The notes beneath the pieces were generated by a model. It saw only the letters and a list, made by a program, of their open reading frames with translations, made no database searches and had not been told where the DNA came from. The translations under genes were made by a program, and so were the position numbers. Below, piece after piece: positions 50,345-62,709 of a stretch of DNA of 64,000 nucleotides. The stretch is from the NCBI RefSeq assembly GCF_022045235.1, contig NW_027266271.1:29574001-29638000 (forward strand). Direction: 5' to 3'. Positions within the stretch are counted from its first letter, which is position 1. Each line of letters begins with the position of its first letter. The DNA comes from Haliotis cracherodii (lineage: Eukaryota).

Positions 50345-51960
50345 AATGTGTATAGAAATGGTTTATTTTTCAAACTATGGAAGGGTGGTATCAAGGGACG
50401 AGTATTTAGAGTTCTTAAAAATATGTATAATTCTGTCAAATCTTGTGTTTCATTGGACTGTGGTCTTACAGATTTCTTTGATTGTATGTCAGGTGTTAGA
50501 CAGGGATGTCAGCTGTCTCCACTTTTATTCTCATTTTTTATTAATGACATTGTCGAGGAGTTAGAGTGTGATGCTCATGGTGTTACCTTACATACTCTAG
50601 AACTGTTCATCTTGTTGTTCGCCGATGACATTATTTTAATGGACGTGCCAGTTGTTGGTCTTCAAAAGCGACTTGATAAACTATCTTTATATTGTGATAA
50701 ATGGAAACTTACTATTAATACTGATGAAAGTAAAGTTGTCATTTTTAGAAATGGCGGAAAACTTAGAAATCAGGAAAAATTTAGGATAGGAAATGATGAT
50801 GTCACCACAGTATCGAATTATAAGTATCTCGGTGTCCAGTTATCCTCTTCTGGCTCGTGGAGTTTAACTCAGAAGACATTAGCCTAGCAAGCTTTGAAGG
50901 TAATTCAAATCCTCCAGTCTAGACTAGGTAAATTCTCATATCTGCCACCAGATGTCTGTTTCAAAATTTTTGATGTAAAAGTGTTACCAATTTTGACATA
51001 TGCATCGGAAGTTTGGGGATTCCATGCATCACCTGACATTGAAAATGTGCACAGTAAATTCTGTAAATTGACTTTGGGTTTGAGTAGAAACACACCAAAT
51101 AGCTTTGTAAAATCTGTCTTGATGAGAAACTCCGTCAAAGTGTCACATTATTTAAAAATTATAAAATTTTGGCTTCGATTATTGATACAAGATAATAATT
51201 TGATTTTGAAAAAACATATAGTTTTCAATATAAAAGGGCAGAGAATGGCAACGCTTGCTGGGCACTCAAGGTTAAATCATTGCTGTTTTCCTACGGATTT
51301 GCAGAGGTATGGCTACAACAGGGTGTTGGTAGATCTGACTTATTCTTACATCAGTTTAGGCAAAGGAGCGTAGACATTGAAAATCAAGTGTTGCACAATA
51401 ATTGTGAATCTTGTTCTAAGCTTGAATTGTTCTCTGCAGTAAGGGATAAATTTTCATATAATACCTGGATTCGATTAATTGATGTAACATTATTTCGAAC
51501 TAATATCTTGAATTTTATCGGATCCAATCATCGTCTTATGGTTGAAACAGGCAGATATCATAATATACCAAGACATGAACGTTTCTGTCCCCTCTGTGTT
51601 GTAAGTGCTATCGAAGATGAGTTCCACTTTTGTATGGTGTGTCCGTTCTATCTTGATCTGCGGTCTAATCTCATACCCAATTATTATCACATGTTTCCAA
51701 GTCGTGAGAAAATGTTCTTATTATTCAGCTCGACTAATCAAAGTATTTGCAACAATTTAGCAAAATATGTATTTCCTGCTGGTAAGAAACGAAATTCTAT
51801 TTTCAAGGGAATACCTGTGTCATATAATTAACTCCAATATTAACAGTTTGAATACTGCATTGTAAATCTTATAATTCAGCGCTCTGTCATATTTGTATGC
51901 CATCATGCTCTGCACGTGTATAATGGGCCGGTGGCCTCATTACCTGAATAAAAGCATCTA
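50345..51960 (+). mobile_element. 5'-truncated LINE (CR1/L2-group-like) ORF2 with RT, disrupted
   Basis: GVRQGCQLSPLLF, LLFADD, YKYLG, C-terminal CPLC..EDEFHF..C; stop and frameshift; 3' GGGCC-GGT-GGCC plus AATAAA. Confidence 0.92.
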
Positions 51961-52530
51961 TAATAGTTCATTTTCCAATAACTGGAAATGAAAATAGAGC
52001 GAAATTTACCATTTTTTCGGCTTATTTTTTATCACAACTAAGTCTGTGAAAGGCTGTAAGTAATTATTGTTCTAATTCAAGTCTACTATGTGTAAACTAT
52101 CACAAAAATGATAAAAATAAGGACTCAATGCATACACTGCTTTTTTAGGGGACTTTATGTGATAATGGGTTTTTTAAAATCCAATACTATCACAAGGCAC
52201 CATTTCACCACTAGACCTAGAACGAAACGTGGCGGACAGCACCCATTCCTATAACCCACTTCCACTTCGTGGATAACAGCGAAATCCGATGAGCTTCCAC
52301 CCTTCCTTTTTTCGCTGATTCTTTAGGTTGAATAAATTAATTAGCATGTGCCCTTTGTAAAATCGGTATGTTCATAGATCACGGGTTACCAATCAGTGTT
52401 CAGAAATGCGTATCCATATTGCCTCCAAGCTTATTTACGCTGCCCTTACAGAGTGTAGCCAAGTCTCTCGTCACGCGTTAGATCAAATCGACTCACGGCA
52501 GCTAGCGGCAGCGATAGACAGCAGGGAAGA

Positions 52531-52800
52531 TTTTTTGTTTGTTTGTATGTTGTTTAACGCTGCACTCAGCATGTTTCAGCAATATGACGGTGGTCTGTAA
52601 ATAATCGAGCCTGGACCAGACAATCCAGTGATTGACATCATGAGCATCGATCCACGCAATTGGGATCGATGACATGCATCAACCAAGTCAGCGAGTCTGA
52701 CCCCCCGATCCGGTTAGTCGCCTCTTACGACAAGCATTGTCGCCTTTTATGGCAACCATGGGTTGCTGAAGATCTATTCTACCCCGAATCTTCAGGGGTC
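52531..52800 (-). mobile_element. Family A retroposon with 12-bp TSD
   Basis: CAGCAGGGAAGA at 52519-52530 and 52801-52812. Confidence 0.9.
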
Positions 52801-53149
52801 CAGCAGGGAAGAAACCAGAGATTAGTGCCTGTCAAATTTTGACAGATGCTGCTCTGATCGATGGATGTTCAACACAAGAGATACTCGGATGCCATGCTTG
52901 TTTATTGGGTTCTACCAAAACTGAAATCACTTCCTGTTATCAAGCTGGTACAAAACAAGGAATAAAGAATTGTACAAACGAATACGAGTCATAGATATTA
53001 GATCATCCCTTCTTTTAGAGATATTGCACACGTCTCTGAGGTATGTAACTGATTACTAAGAAACAAAGGCAAAAACATAAATTAGATAAATTATCATGAC
53101 TATACTAATTAAATAACAAATAAGAATACTTTTTACTTTGGAACTTAAA

Positions 53150-54400
53150 ACGAAGTCAGACAGCTTACGTCCTTGTCAAGCAAGGGGGTTGGTGTGTTCC
53201 CATCTGCACTACTCAACACTTTCCCTATCTATGGTAAATTAGTCGCACTGATAGTCTGCATGCTTCACTGGCGGCTGGGTTTCCCTGGAAGAGTGTTGCA
53301 GCACATTCTGGCTGGAACTGCTGTCTTATCAACACCTGATGTTATGCTTCCGTTTTTGGCATCGGGTTGGTGATTTATAGTTTGGAAGAAGGATGAATTC
53401 CTTGTAATGCTTCTTTCTTCATTTTCCATTGTGTCCATTACACCTTTCTTCGATGAAACTGTGAGTGGTGTAAGGGCGTAGCAGCTTTCCTGTTCATATT
53501 CACCAGAAGGAAACGGTTCACAAAAGTCAATGCTGATATTTTGCCATGGTCGTTCAGGCAGAACAGACATGATGTGTTTCTCAATGATCTGTGTGGTTAG
53601 CTGGTTGACATGGTATGCATTTGGATAGTATTCTTCTACCATGTAGTCGATCCCAAGAAACCACACCTTTTCTGAGCAGAGGCTTGGTTTTTGATGATCC
53701 CTAATGTCCCTGGTGAGCGATCAACAACGCGTTGTTGAGATTTCCAGGAACTACAAGTTTACTCCCACAAAGCTCCTCCCTGATGCGATAACAGGATCTG
53801 TTGACTGGACTCTCCTTGATCCTTCGGTGACTGCACTCATCACCTGCAGGAGCGACTCATGTGTTTGAATTCCGAGAGCGTCATAGCCTTTGGTATAGCT
53901 TGTGATGCCAGAAGTTGACAAATCTTTCAGCAAAAGATGTTGACTGTTGCTATTGCCGGGTGGCGGGACATGTAATCTGTGGGATTGTCCTTACCAGGAT
54001 GATACTTCACAATGAAGGCCTACAATGACATGCCAGTGTTCATTTGATTTTGGATTGTTGAAGATATGCTCTGGAGGCTCATGATTAGTCACTAGGGTAA
54101 ATCAGGTTCCAAAGAGATATAGATGAAAGTTTTCACATGCCCAGACATGGGTGGCGATTTCAAGGATTGATAGGATTCTTCATAAAAAATGTTCACATCA
54201 GCTCCGCATTCGACCATGGCTGATATCAGGGTGTCCATTATTTGTGAACAGCTGTATGGGGATGACTATCATGCTTATACTGACACGCAGATGTTTCACA
54301 TACTACCTTTGGGGCAGGGCAGGCTCAATCAAGGGGATAACTTCCACCACAAAAATAGCATGTGCTTATGACACATGGTTTTTCCATTGACTTTTCACCT
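53150..54400 (-). mobile_element. Degraded Ty3/Gypsy pol remnant (RT/RNase H/integrase)
   Basis: VWACENFHLYLFG, FIVKYHPGKDNPTDYMSRH, AHQGH*G, PERPWQNISIDF; many deletions. Confidence 0.8.
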
Positions 54401-55164
54401 GTGTTTTACTCCTGTAGAGCCGTCTAGAGTGGCGTCAAATTGCTAGAACAGTGGCGCAGACATTCTGTTGATAAAGGTGTCTGTTTATCCTCGTGGCCAG
54501 TGTAAGATTGTGACAGATGCTGGTCTGATTGATGGATGTTCAACACAAGAGATACTTGGATGTTTATTAGGTTCTACCAAACCTGGAATCACTTCCTGTT
54601 GTGAAACTGGAACAAAATATGGAATACAAGATTGTACAGACAAAATACAATTTGAGGATATTACAGTGACCCTTTAAGGATCAGTTTATACAAAAGTGGA
54701 GGGAAGCTGTTGAGTCGAGTCCAAAGGGTGTCTTCTATAAACACTATAAGCAAATCCCAAATTATCAGTTACTCCCCTAAAGCAAGTACATGCCGATATA
54801 AAAAAATCGTACTTAATTTCGTACTTCAAATCAGTTGAGAGTGGGCAATGGCAGAATATACCAAGAGAACTTTTGATATACAAGAATGAATCTTGCTTGT
54901 TTCTCCGCGATCCTGATGTGTCACCGTTTAAGGTTCATTCTATTACAAGTATTTTAGGAGACAAGATCAAAGGCACCACCCAGCATATATTAGTCAACAG
55001 ACAAGGTCGGTCTCACCCCTTTTGTCAGATACCTTAACATCACAAATGTCATGGTTGAGTTGTCCCATTAACCAATACTTGTCATCCAAGTGTTAAAATG
55101 GATTAGTTCCGTCATACCCCATCTGTCGGACACCTCACGAGAATATAAGACTCATAATATATGA

Positions 55165-55423
55165 TGTTTGTTTCTTTGATGTTTAACGCCTCACTCAGCA
55201 ATATTTCAGCTATGATGGCGGTCTGTAAATAATTGATCTGGACCAGACAATCCAGTGATTGACATAATGAGCATCAATCTACGCAATTTGGAAACATGCA
55301 TCAACAAAGTCGGCGAGCCTGACCATCTGATCCCGTTAGTCGCCTACTTACGATAAGCATAGTCACCTTTCACGGCAAGCATGGGCTGCTGAATACCTAA
55401 TCTAACCCGAATCTTCACGGGTC
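55165..55423 (-). mobile_element. Family A retroposon (full length)
   Basis: Ends in the reverse complement of GACCCGTGAAGATTCGGG. Confidence 0.85.
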
Positions 55424-55929
55424 ATGATAATTAAATATACGAAAAGACTTTCATTGTGTATCATCATGATCATAGGCTATATTTGCCAGGCAAATAATTT
55501 AACAAGGTGCAATGTATTACTCTATCAAGGTACATCGTTTAGCATGTTGGAACCAATTACTGAGTCAACCCAACGTCTGTACAGGTCTTAATGATGCATC
55601 TACAGTGAGCACATAATCTCATAACTGGGTCATTCTACAGAAAATGGCAAGATGTTGTCATCGACTAAAACATAATATTCTTTTGTGTTCATGAAAGCAA
55701 GTTTAGCTTGTTTCAACACTATCGATAGGATAAACTAAATCATAAAAACACATTCTTTCATGCTGATTCTGGTTCTCATTTTGGATGTTATTAGTTCAAA
55801 GTTCATCGTTTTTAACACATTAATTTTATAAAACAAAACACTTAAGAAATATAACACTTTGGTATGCTATTTGGTACCTGGTATATACTCAAGCTCCATA
55901 TTAAATACCCAGACTGCAACTTACATGTG

Positions 55930-56202
55930 GGGGGGCACGGGTGGCCCAGTCGTCTAAGGCGCCGTGATTTGCTGTGCAGAATTGCGTCCCTTGGGCATGC
56001 CAGAAACCTATGATTGTGGGTTCGAATCCTGGTTCAGCCCATATTATGTTTCTAGGTTTGTCAGCACCATACCCGTGCTCTTGGGTTTCACCAAAGTGGT
56101 AAACGTCTAAAACCTGCACCACTTCGGGCTTTCCTCCCACATTAAGCTGACGATATAACTGGAATAATGTTAAAAGCGGCGTTAAACCCAGCTCACTCAC
56201 TC
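55930..56202 (+). mobile_element. tRNA-derived SINE, family B (tRNA-Leu-like head), full length
   Basis: GGTGGCCCAGTCGTCTAAGGCGCC head, B box GGTTCGAATCC, (ACTC)n tail, TSD ACTTACATGTG. Confidence 0.9.
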
Positions 56203-56734
56203 ACTTACATGTGACATCTGATGTTGATTTCAGATGTTCGTAATGTTTCATAAATTAATATTGTGCAAACTTCTCTGCTGAGTATATTTTCATAAATGCT
56301 AGTTAACATGTTACAATGATTATGCCAAAATAGATAAATTTATTGATTCAACTTGCGATGAAAGCATGTCAATATTGCAACTTTGAATCACCCAATCTTG
56401 GTCCTCCTGTGTAGGTGACATTAAAATTGTGTTACGTTGCACGCAGAGGGCTATACCCCAAAGTCAACTTTGTTCAAATCTGCCATGTTTGTGACAAACT
56501 CATATCTCTGAATTTAGAAAAATACATGTAAATTGAGCAAACACGATATTCTTGTAAAAAGCAGAGATGAGAAATAAAATTGTTTTCATGATCAAATGGT
56601 TCATTAGTTATATTCTATAAGAGTAGAACATAAAACAATACATTATCTATTGTGTATTAGTAGATCAATTATTTTACACATTAACGTAGGCGTCGTTTCT
56701 ATTATCCTACCGATACAGAGGATGAAGTCTATTA

Positions 56735-57082
56735 GGTGAGGTGAGGTGAAATGGGGTTTAGATTATTGCACTTATATAGCGACGTGCATGTACGTGTGTG
56801 TGTGTGTTTGTGTGGCTGCTTGTTCTAGTCTGGACTGATGCCAATTTACAGTGCTAGCTCACTGAGATACCATGCCGCAGTTTAACATGAATACCCAACT
56901 CAGACACAGTATACAGACTCCGAGACGACCAGTCCTTGTTTTAGCCCCTTAATGCCAAGCGCCAGACAGGGTAACAACAAGTACTATCTTTTAACGTCTT
57001 TTGGTATGACACGGTCGGGGATCGAAGCCCGGACCTTCCGCACTCCGGGCGGACGCTCTACCACTAGACCACGGAGGCGGTC
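56735..57082 (-). mobile_element. tRNA-derived MetaSINE-like element (family C), full length
   Basis: Head GACCGCCTCCGTGGTCTAGTGGTAGAGCG, B-box-like GCTTCGATCCC, core TCAGTGAGCTAGCACT, (ACCTC)n tail; AAGTCTATTAGG on both flanks. Confidence 0.85.
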
Positions 57083-57948
57083 GAAGTCTATTAGGACTCG
57101 TCCATAATACCATCACATGATTTGATGAGCCATCTCTACTCCACTGTCTAACAAGTGCAGTATCTAACAAACAGGGCATGGCCATGTTGTATAGCTCCCC
57201 ACCTTGTCAGTATGTGTTATATAATCGGTAAAGAAATAAAACTGATGCAGTGTCAGTGTGGAAGCATAGTGAATTAAGTCTGTCACAGGCCACAGAAATC
57301 CTCAAAGAATATTAACATTCTACAAGGCTGGTACTGTCCAGATCCCTTAGTGATGCACGTAACTTGATAACGGCTGTCAATCTGTCCGCCACAGCTGCAA
57401 GACAATCCTCCCTGTCACAACTGTTTACCTTTTTAAAACAAATTTTAAAATATTAAATATAAAAACTGGCGTAAGTCGTATACAGTCCTAGCTCTTATTT
57501 GACAAAAACAGTAAGTAAGCTAACTTAGAAGGTCAAGTGGATGTCACATTCTACATATAAGCTGACAACCCTGTTTGTGAAAATATGCACTAGAAATTTG
57601 ATTAAAGGAAATAAAAAATCAATTATAAGACCGCACAGATCAAAAAACCAAATAAAATGTGTTTTGGCATCATCTGTTGTGTATTAGGAAGGAGAAACAT
57701 AAAAGGGCAAGTTCACAAGAAAATAAACCTATTTTTCTTGTATTTTTTCAACATGAAATGTATTTACCTTGTACATGTAGATCCATAGTCAAAACAATAC
57801 CAATATCACAAGTAACTTTATTTTTCACATTTATCAAGATTATTTAATTATTTCCAAGTACAGCAATCCCTTACTACAACGCTACCTTTCGGGGTCTAAA
57901 TACCCGGTAATTGATGAGCGTTAAAGACCATCAGCTGTTTAACCAAAT

Positions 57949-58452
57949 GGAGTCGTTGGGGGTAGATGACCCTCAAAACAGTTTACATGCTCTGCCTACG
58001 TAACACGATCTACGTTTTCAGAGTTTTTTCTTTTGCGGTTCAGTATAGAAAAAATTAAATTTTCATAACAAAATACAATATATGCAATTGTTTAATTTTA
58101 TGTCTTCACTAAATATGCTGAAAATGCTTTGACCATGTTAACTCTGTAATATATGTACTATGCCTTGGAGAGCAGAAAATACAATTTAATTGTTAAGTTA
58201 TCATGTCTAGTGATGTTTCATGTCAAATTTCATATTTTTATTGACCAAGTTTGTTATACCTGTTCATTCACCTGAATTAGCTGGATGGATGTGTTTGTTT
58301 GAAAGCGCATTACACTTGATAAATCTTTTTTTACACTATGAATCATAAACAACTACTATTCTGATCCTTTTTAAAAACTCTGAAAACGTAGATCGTGTTA
58401 CGTAGGCAGAGCATGTAAACAGTTCTGAGGGTCATCTACCCCCAACGACTCC
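57949..58452. mobile_element. MITE with ~80-bp terminal inverted repeats
   Basis: GGAGTCGTTGGGGGTAGATGACCCTC...GATCTACGTTTTCAGAGTTTTT and its reverse complement at 58373-58452. Confidence 0.88.
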
Positions 58453-59714
58453 TGCATGTGAATATTTCCAGTCAGTTCGACAGAATTTTTTGGAGGCGTC
58501 AGGTCAGGCGGTCAGAAATTAAAAAATAGCAGATTTACAACTTCAAAATCTTAAATTATAGTATTTTGAATAATTCATATACCGGTATATTAATAGTAAC
58601 ATTACAGCAAATGAGTTTTTTGTGAACATTGTACATATTTGTGATCCACTCAAACCACCCACTGTTTCTAAACTTAATAACATTATTAACACTATTTGTT
58701 TGAGTTTAACATTTTCTTAAAGATCTGGCCTTGTGCTGGATCTTTAATAGTGTATTCAACGTAATAAGTGCCCAGAGTGCACTCAAAATTAGAAATAGGG
58801 GGCTCTTATTAGAATATTATTATGTTGGGGAAAAAAAACAGTGTTGAAAGATCGTATATTTCGTGGTTAATGCTGACAGCCTGAAAAGCTTATATACCAC
58901 AGATACATTTTTCCAGAACTGAATTGCCCATAATTAAGGGTGCATATAACATGAGTGTGTATTATACATGAATAAATAAGTCTTGTGTACATTGACCAAT
59001 CGGAAGGAGTGCTAATTGGGATTGCTCATTAGCCAATATATTAGTAAATATCGTCAGATGCTCTTGTAAGAGCGGGGCGCTTATTCCATGCAAAGTTGCA
59101 ATGCATTTTCTATGAATGGTTGTCAGAACAAACCAATGGCCCTAACCAATGATCTTCTAAATATAACCGATTTCAAACACTAAACACATCAATGGAGTGG
59201 TCTACCATTTGAAATAGACAAGATTTGTCTGGCACATGCTGGTGTGAAATACAACATCCAGTTACTAATCGTGAAAATATGGCAGTCATTTTGAATTCAT
59301 ACGGGGAAAAAATTAAACAGAATCTATTTTTCCAGTATGTTTCCACTCAGGAACTGACTTTAGAAACGTACCAGGACATATCCTATTTTCGTGTTACTCA
59401 CGTAATCAGCTGGTAATGCATGTGGATTCTTGGTGTGACAACATTTAGCAACAGATCATTTTTGTTTCTTGATATTGCCAAGTATCCTTCATATGTAGCC
59501 TTCAGGTGATGGGAATAGTTATATCCTAATAGGACCAAAAGACAAGCCTAGATTGACGATATGCCGATACCAGAGATAGGGCGTTACAGGGTGGGACAGG
59601 ATGAATAGGCCAATGACATTTACATTTCTGCTTCTGAAAATGCGATTATGAGCAGATAGGTATACAAAGTGATATTCTTACCACTGTGTCACTGGTGATT
59701 GCAGTTGTGTACAT

Positions 59715-59991
59715 TTTCTTTTGTTTCTTTGTTGTTTAATACCGCACTCAGCAATATTCCAGCTATATGAAGGCGGTATGTAAATAATCATGTCTGGTCC
59801 AGACAATCCAGTGATTGATATCATCATGATCATGGGCATCTATCCACGCAATTGTGATACGATGACAGGCATCAACCAAGTCAGCAAGCCTGACCACCCG
59901 ATCCCGTTAGTCGCCTCTAATGACAAGCATAGTTGCTTTTTATGGCAAGTATGGGTTGCTGAAGACCTATTCTACCCCGGATCTTCACAGG
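59715..59991 (-). mobile_element. Family A retroposon
   Basis: Reverse complement of the family A consensus. Confidence 0.85.
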
Positions 59992-60400
59992 ACAGTGCAC
60001 ACTGGTGCCATTACTACCCCGACACTAGTAGTAACACTGGCAACAGCTGACACCAAGTGGAATCAATATTGTAATGACAAACAAGTAAGGTGTAAAGTAG
60101 TATGTGCACTTACTTGGCTTGCTTGATCTCAACTGTCACCATATGGAATCCCCAGCCCGCTGATTGGCTGGGAGCTGACTGGGTCCTCTCGCCTCTCTGG
60201 CATGGGTCACGGCACTCGGATAGCTACAACTGGTCGTCCGAACATCACTGATCACCACACTCTCCTCCATTTACAGGAACCCTTGAAGGGATGGGACCCA
60301 TTCCCCCGCAGATACCGATCAGGGATTTTTCCATGGCAGTTGGGCTTCTTGCACATCTTTTGCTGACATTTGGCTCCCAAGGATAACCTGGGACACAGTG

Positions 60401-60691
60401 ACCTTGGAAGATGTTTCCATTAGGTCTTCTGACCAGGCTTAACCTGGTCTCTGCTATCTGCCCAGCAAATCTACTGGGCCTGCTTCCTTCCACTTCTGCT
60501 CCCTGTGACTCCAAGGCTCTACCGTATCCAGTTATAACCTGGGTCACAATCACCTTGGAAGATGTTTCCATTCCAGAAAAAGGTCTTCTGACCAGGCTTA
60601 ACCTGGTCTCTGCTATCTGCCCAGCAAATCTACTGGGCCTGCTTCCCACCACTTCTGCTCCCTGTGACTCGAAGGCTCTACCGTATCCAGT
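60401..60691. repeat. Two direct repeats of ~135-140 bp overlapping the TatD stop codon
   Basis: ACCTTGGAAGATGTTTCCATT...GCTCTACCGTATCCAGT at 60401-60532 and 60552-60691. Confidence 0.9.
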
Positions 60692-62693
60692 AGATAGCCC
60701 TGGCATTACTGGTGGTGTAATGTAGGACTTCTCCCACTGAGATGCCTCTAGCCCGGGCGACGATGACGGCAAGGTCTCTAATGTGGTGAGGAGTATTCCT
60801 CCATCCTCCACCTGCAGCCAGGTGGGGCGAGTCTGTTTCGAGCAGCAGCCTCTTCAAAGGGACCGCCCGCAACCCTTCCAGTTGCAGCCAGTCAAAAGTT
60901 TCCACGTTGGTGTTAAAACCAAAATAGGTGTTCGGGAAGTCTTGGTGCCAAGCTGCGACGGCGGAAACTTTGCCTGTGAAGTTGTATACATGGACCACTT
61001 GAGTTGGTGGTCTGGCTGTTCTCATCAGCTGGATTCCATGGCGATGGACATCCGAGCCATAGGGATCCCGACTTGTACCTCTTAGTTCCAGGACAACCAC
61101 CTGGTCCATCAATGGAAGCCGAAGAACCTTCTTCAAAACTTGTTCTTGCTGGGCCCAAGTATGTGGAGGCGTGGTCCTATCCAGCCCTACCAGACCCAGG
61201 GCCCGGACATTCGAAGAAGAGGTCAACAGATCAACCATCCTTCCCAGTTCTGTATGGCCAAAATCTCTGGCATGTTTAGGATGGATCCCGATTGCTGTCT
61301 TCCAGGAAGGATTATCTTCGATTTGATGGGGATAGGTGGCAGGGTGACAGTAGAATATGACCCCTCCCTCATACTCCACACTAGCCTGTACCTGGTCTTG
61401 GGCCCGAGGATGGTTGCATAATTCTTCGACCAAGGTGTCTCCGCTCGGCCGGTCATGGTGACAGTGTGAATCAATTGCCTCCGGTAAATTCAGCGAGGAA
61501 TGCTGCGCAGCATCCACCGGGAACTCTTCATCCGAGCTTTCTTGACAGGACCGAGTAGGAACCAGGTCAGCAGTTCGCCTCTCCACAGGACTTGTGGACG
61601 CCTTTACAGCACGGACATTAATTCTCTCCAGCTGCCGCCGAACCCTTTCTCCGACCGGCTCCAACAGCGTCCGAAACTGATTCAATTGATGCCTATCCAA
61701 GTCCACCAGCAGTGCCACCAGGACCCTCCAGTGCACCAGGCATGCCAGTGAGTTCATCGGCTGCAACTGGAATTGGGCTGGCACACGCCAACCCTGGCTT
61801 CTGCACATCCTTCTCAAGTTTTCAGAAGCCTCTTGGGTCACTGTACTGTCTGCTGGTATTCGACGGCTGGTGTTCAGATGGTGCTGCAGTTCTTTCAGAG
61901 TGGATCCAGGGCCAAGGATCATGCCAGACAGACAGTTGAGGGCTCTCATGCGATCTTCCACCACCTCCTTGGTCAGGGGTTGGATTCGCTCTTCAAAATA
62001 AATAGGCAAGTGGGCCTGTTGCACATGCATTTTTAATTTTCTTGACCTTGTTGTGCATCCTGGCAGTGGGCACACTGACTTCCTGTCGCCCCTCCCCCAG
62101 TGAGAGCGCTTGGAAGCTGCTGCAGACTTTGTCCGTGGTGGAACTCTTCTTCTGACTTCCGGTCCAGACTTCAAGGATGGAGAGTGCCTCCAGGTTGGTG
62201 GGTTGTTGCGGCCCACTGCCCCAGCTTGGACATACGGCACTTCCGGCAACACTCTTCGCTGCACCTTCTGGACGTGTTCAGTGGATTCTTGAGATGAACT
62301 CAGCCTCCCCCGTTTCCTTGATTGCCTTTTCTCAGCTGGAAACAGTAAACCAGTGACTCCTCTTCCTCTGGGGGTATCTCTGACTGTCCTCCCTTTGGAG
62401 CTGGATATCCTTGTCCTGTCAAAGGATTCACTTCTCTGACGGACTTCTAACCGACATGGTTCAGGAGTCTTCCTGGACTGATATGACTCCGGCAAGGGGA
62501 CATTGTCCACCATTAAATCCCGACTGGTATCGCTGCTGGATCTTGTCAAGGTCAGTTCACTAGTCTTCCACACAGGGTACCTCATCCTCCTTCCCACCCA
62601 TTTCACACCGGGGAACTCCATAGGGGGAAACTTGCTCATTTCTCTTTCAGAACTCATTTTAGTGATTGTAGTCTGATCCACACGCTGATATTC
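60678..62693 (-). CDS. TatD-family (TATDN2-like) nuclease-fold protein with low-complexity N-terminus and C2H2-like finger; probably a large 3' exon
   Basis: IDSHCH, IGIHP, GLVGLD, LLLETDSP, NTP, TTSNARAIY motifs; CPLPGC..HVQQAH; in-frame TTTTACAG acceptor before 62693; first ATG within the ORF at MSSER. Confidence 0.8.
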   Translation of the reverse strand, partial: EYQRVDQTTITKMSSEREMSKFPPMEFPGVKWVGRRMRYPVWKTSELTLTRSSSDTSRDLMVDNVPLPESYQSRKTPEPCRLEVRQRSESFDRTRISSSKGRTVRDTPRGRGVTGLLFPAEKRQSRKRGRLSSSQESTEHVQKVQRRVLPEVPYVQAGAVGRNNPPTWRHSPSLKSGPEVRRRVPPRTKSAAASKRSHWGRGDRKSVCPLPGCTTRSRKLKMHVQQAHLPIYFEERIQPLTKEVVEDRMRALNCLSGMILGPGSTLKELQHHLNTSRRIPADSTVTQEASENLRRMCRSQGWRVPAQFQLQPMNSLACLVHWRVLVALLVDLDRHQLNQFRTLLEPVGERVRRQLERINVRAVKASTSPVERRTADLVPTRSCQESSDEEFPVDAAQHSSLNLPEAIDSHCHHDRPSGDTLVEELCNHPRAQDQVQASVEYEGGVIFYCHPATYPHQIEDNPSWKTAIGIHPKHARDFGHTELGRMVDLLTSSSNVRALGLVGLDRTTPPHTWAQQEQVLKKVLRLPLMDQVVVLELRGTSRDPYGSDVHRHGIQLMRTARPPTQVVHVYNFTGKVSAVAAWHQDFPNTYFGFNTNVETFDWLQLEGLRAVPLKRLLLETDSPHLAAGGGWRNTPHHIRDLAVIVARARGISVGEVLHYTTSNARAIYWIR

Positions 62694-62709
62694 CTGTAAA
62701 AGAAATATA

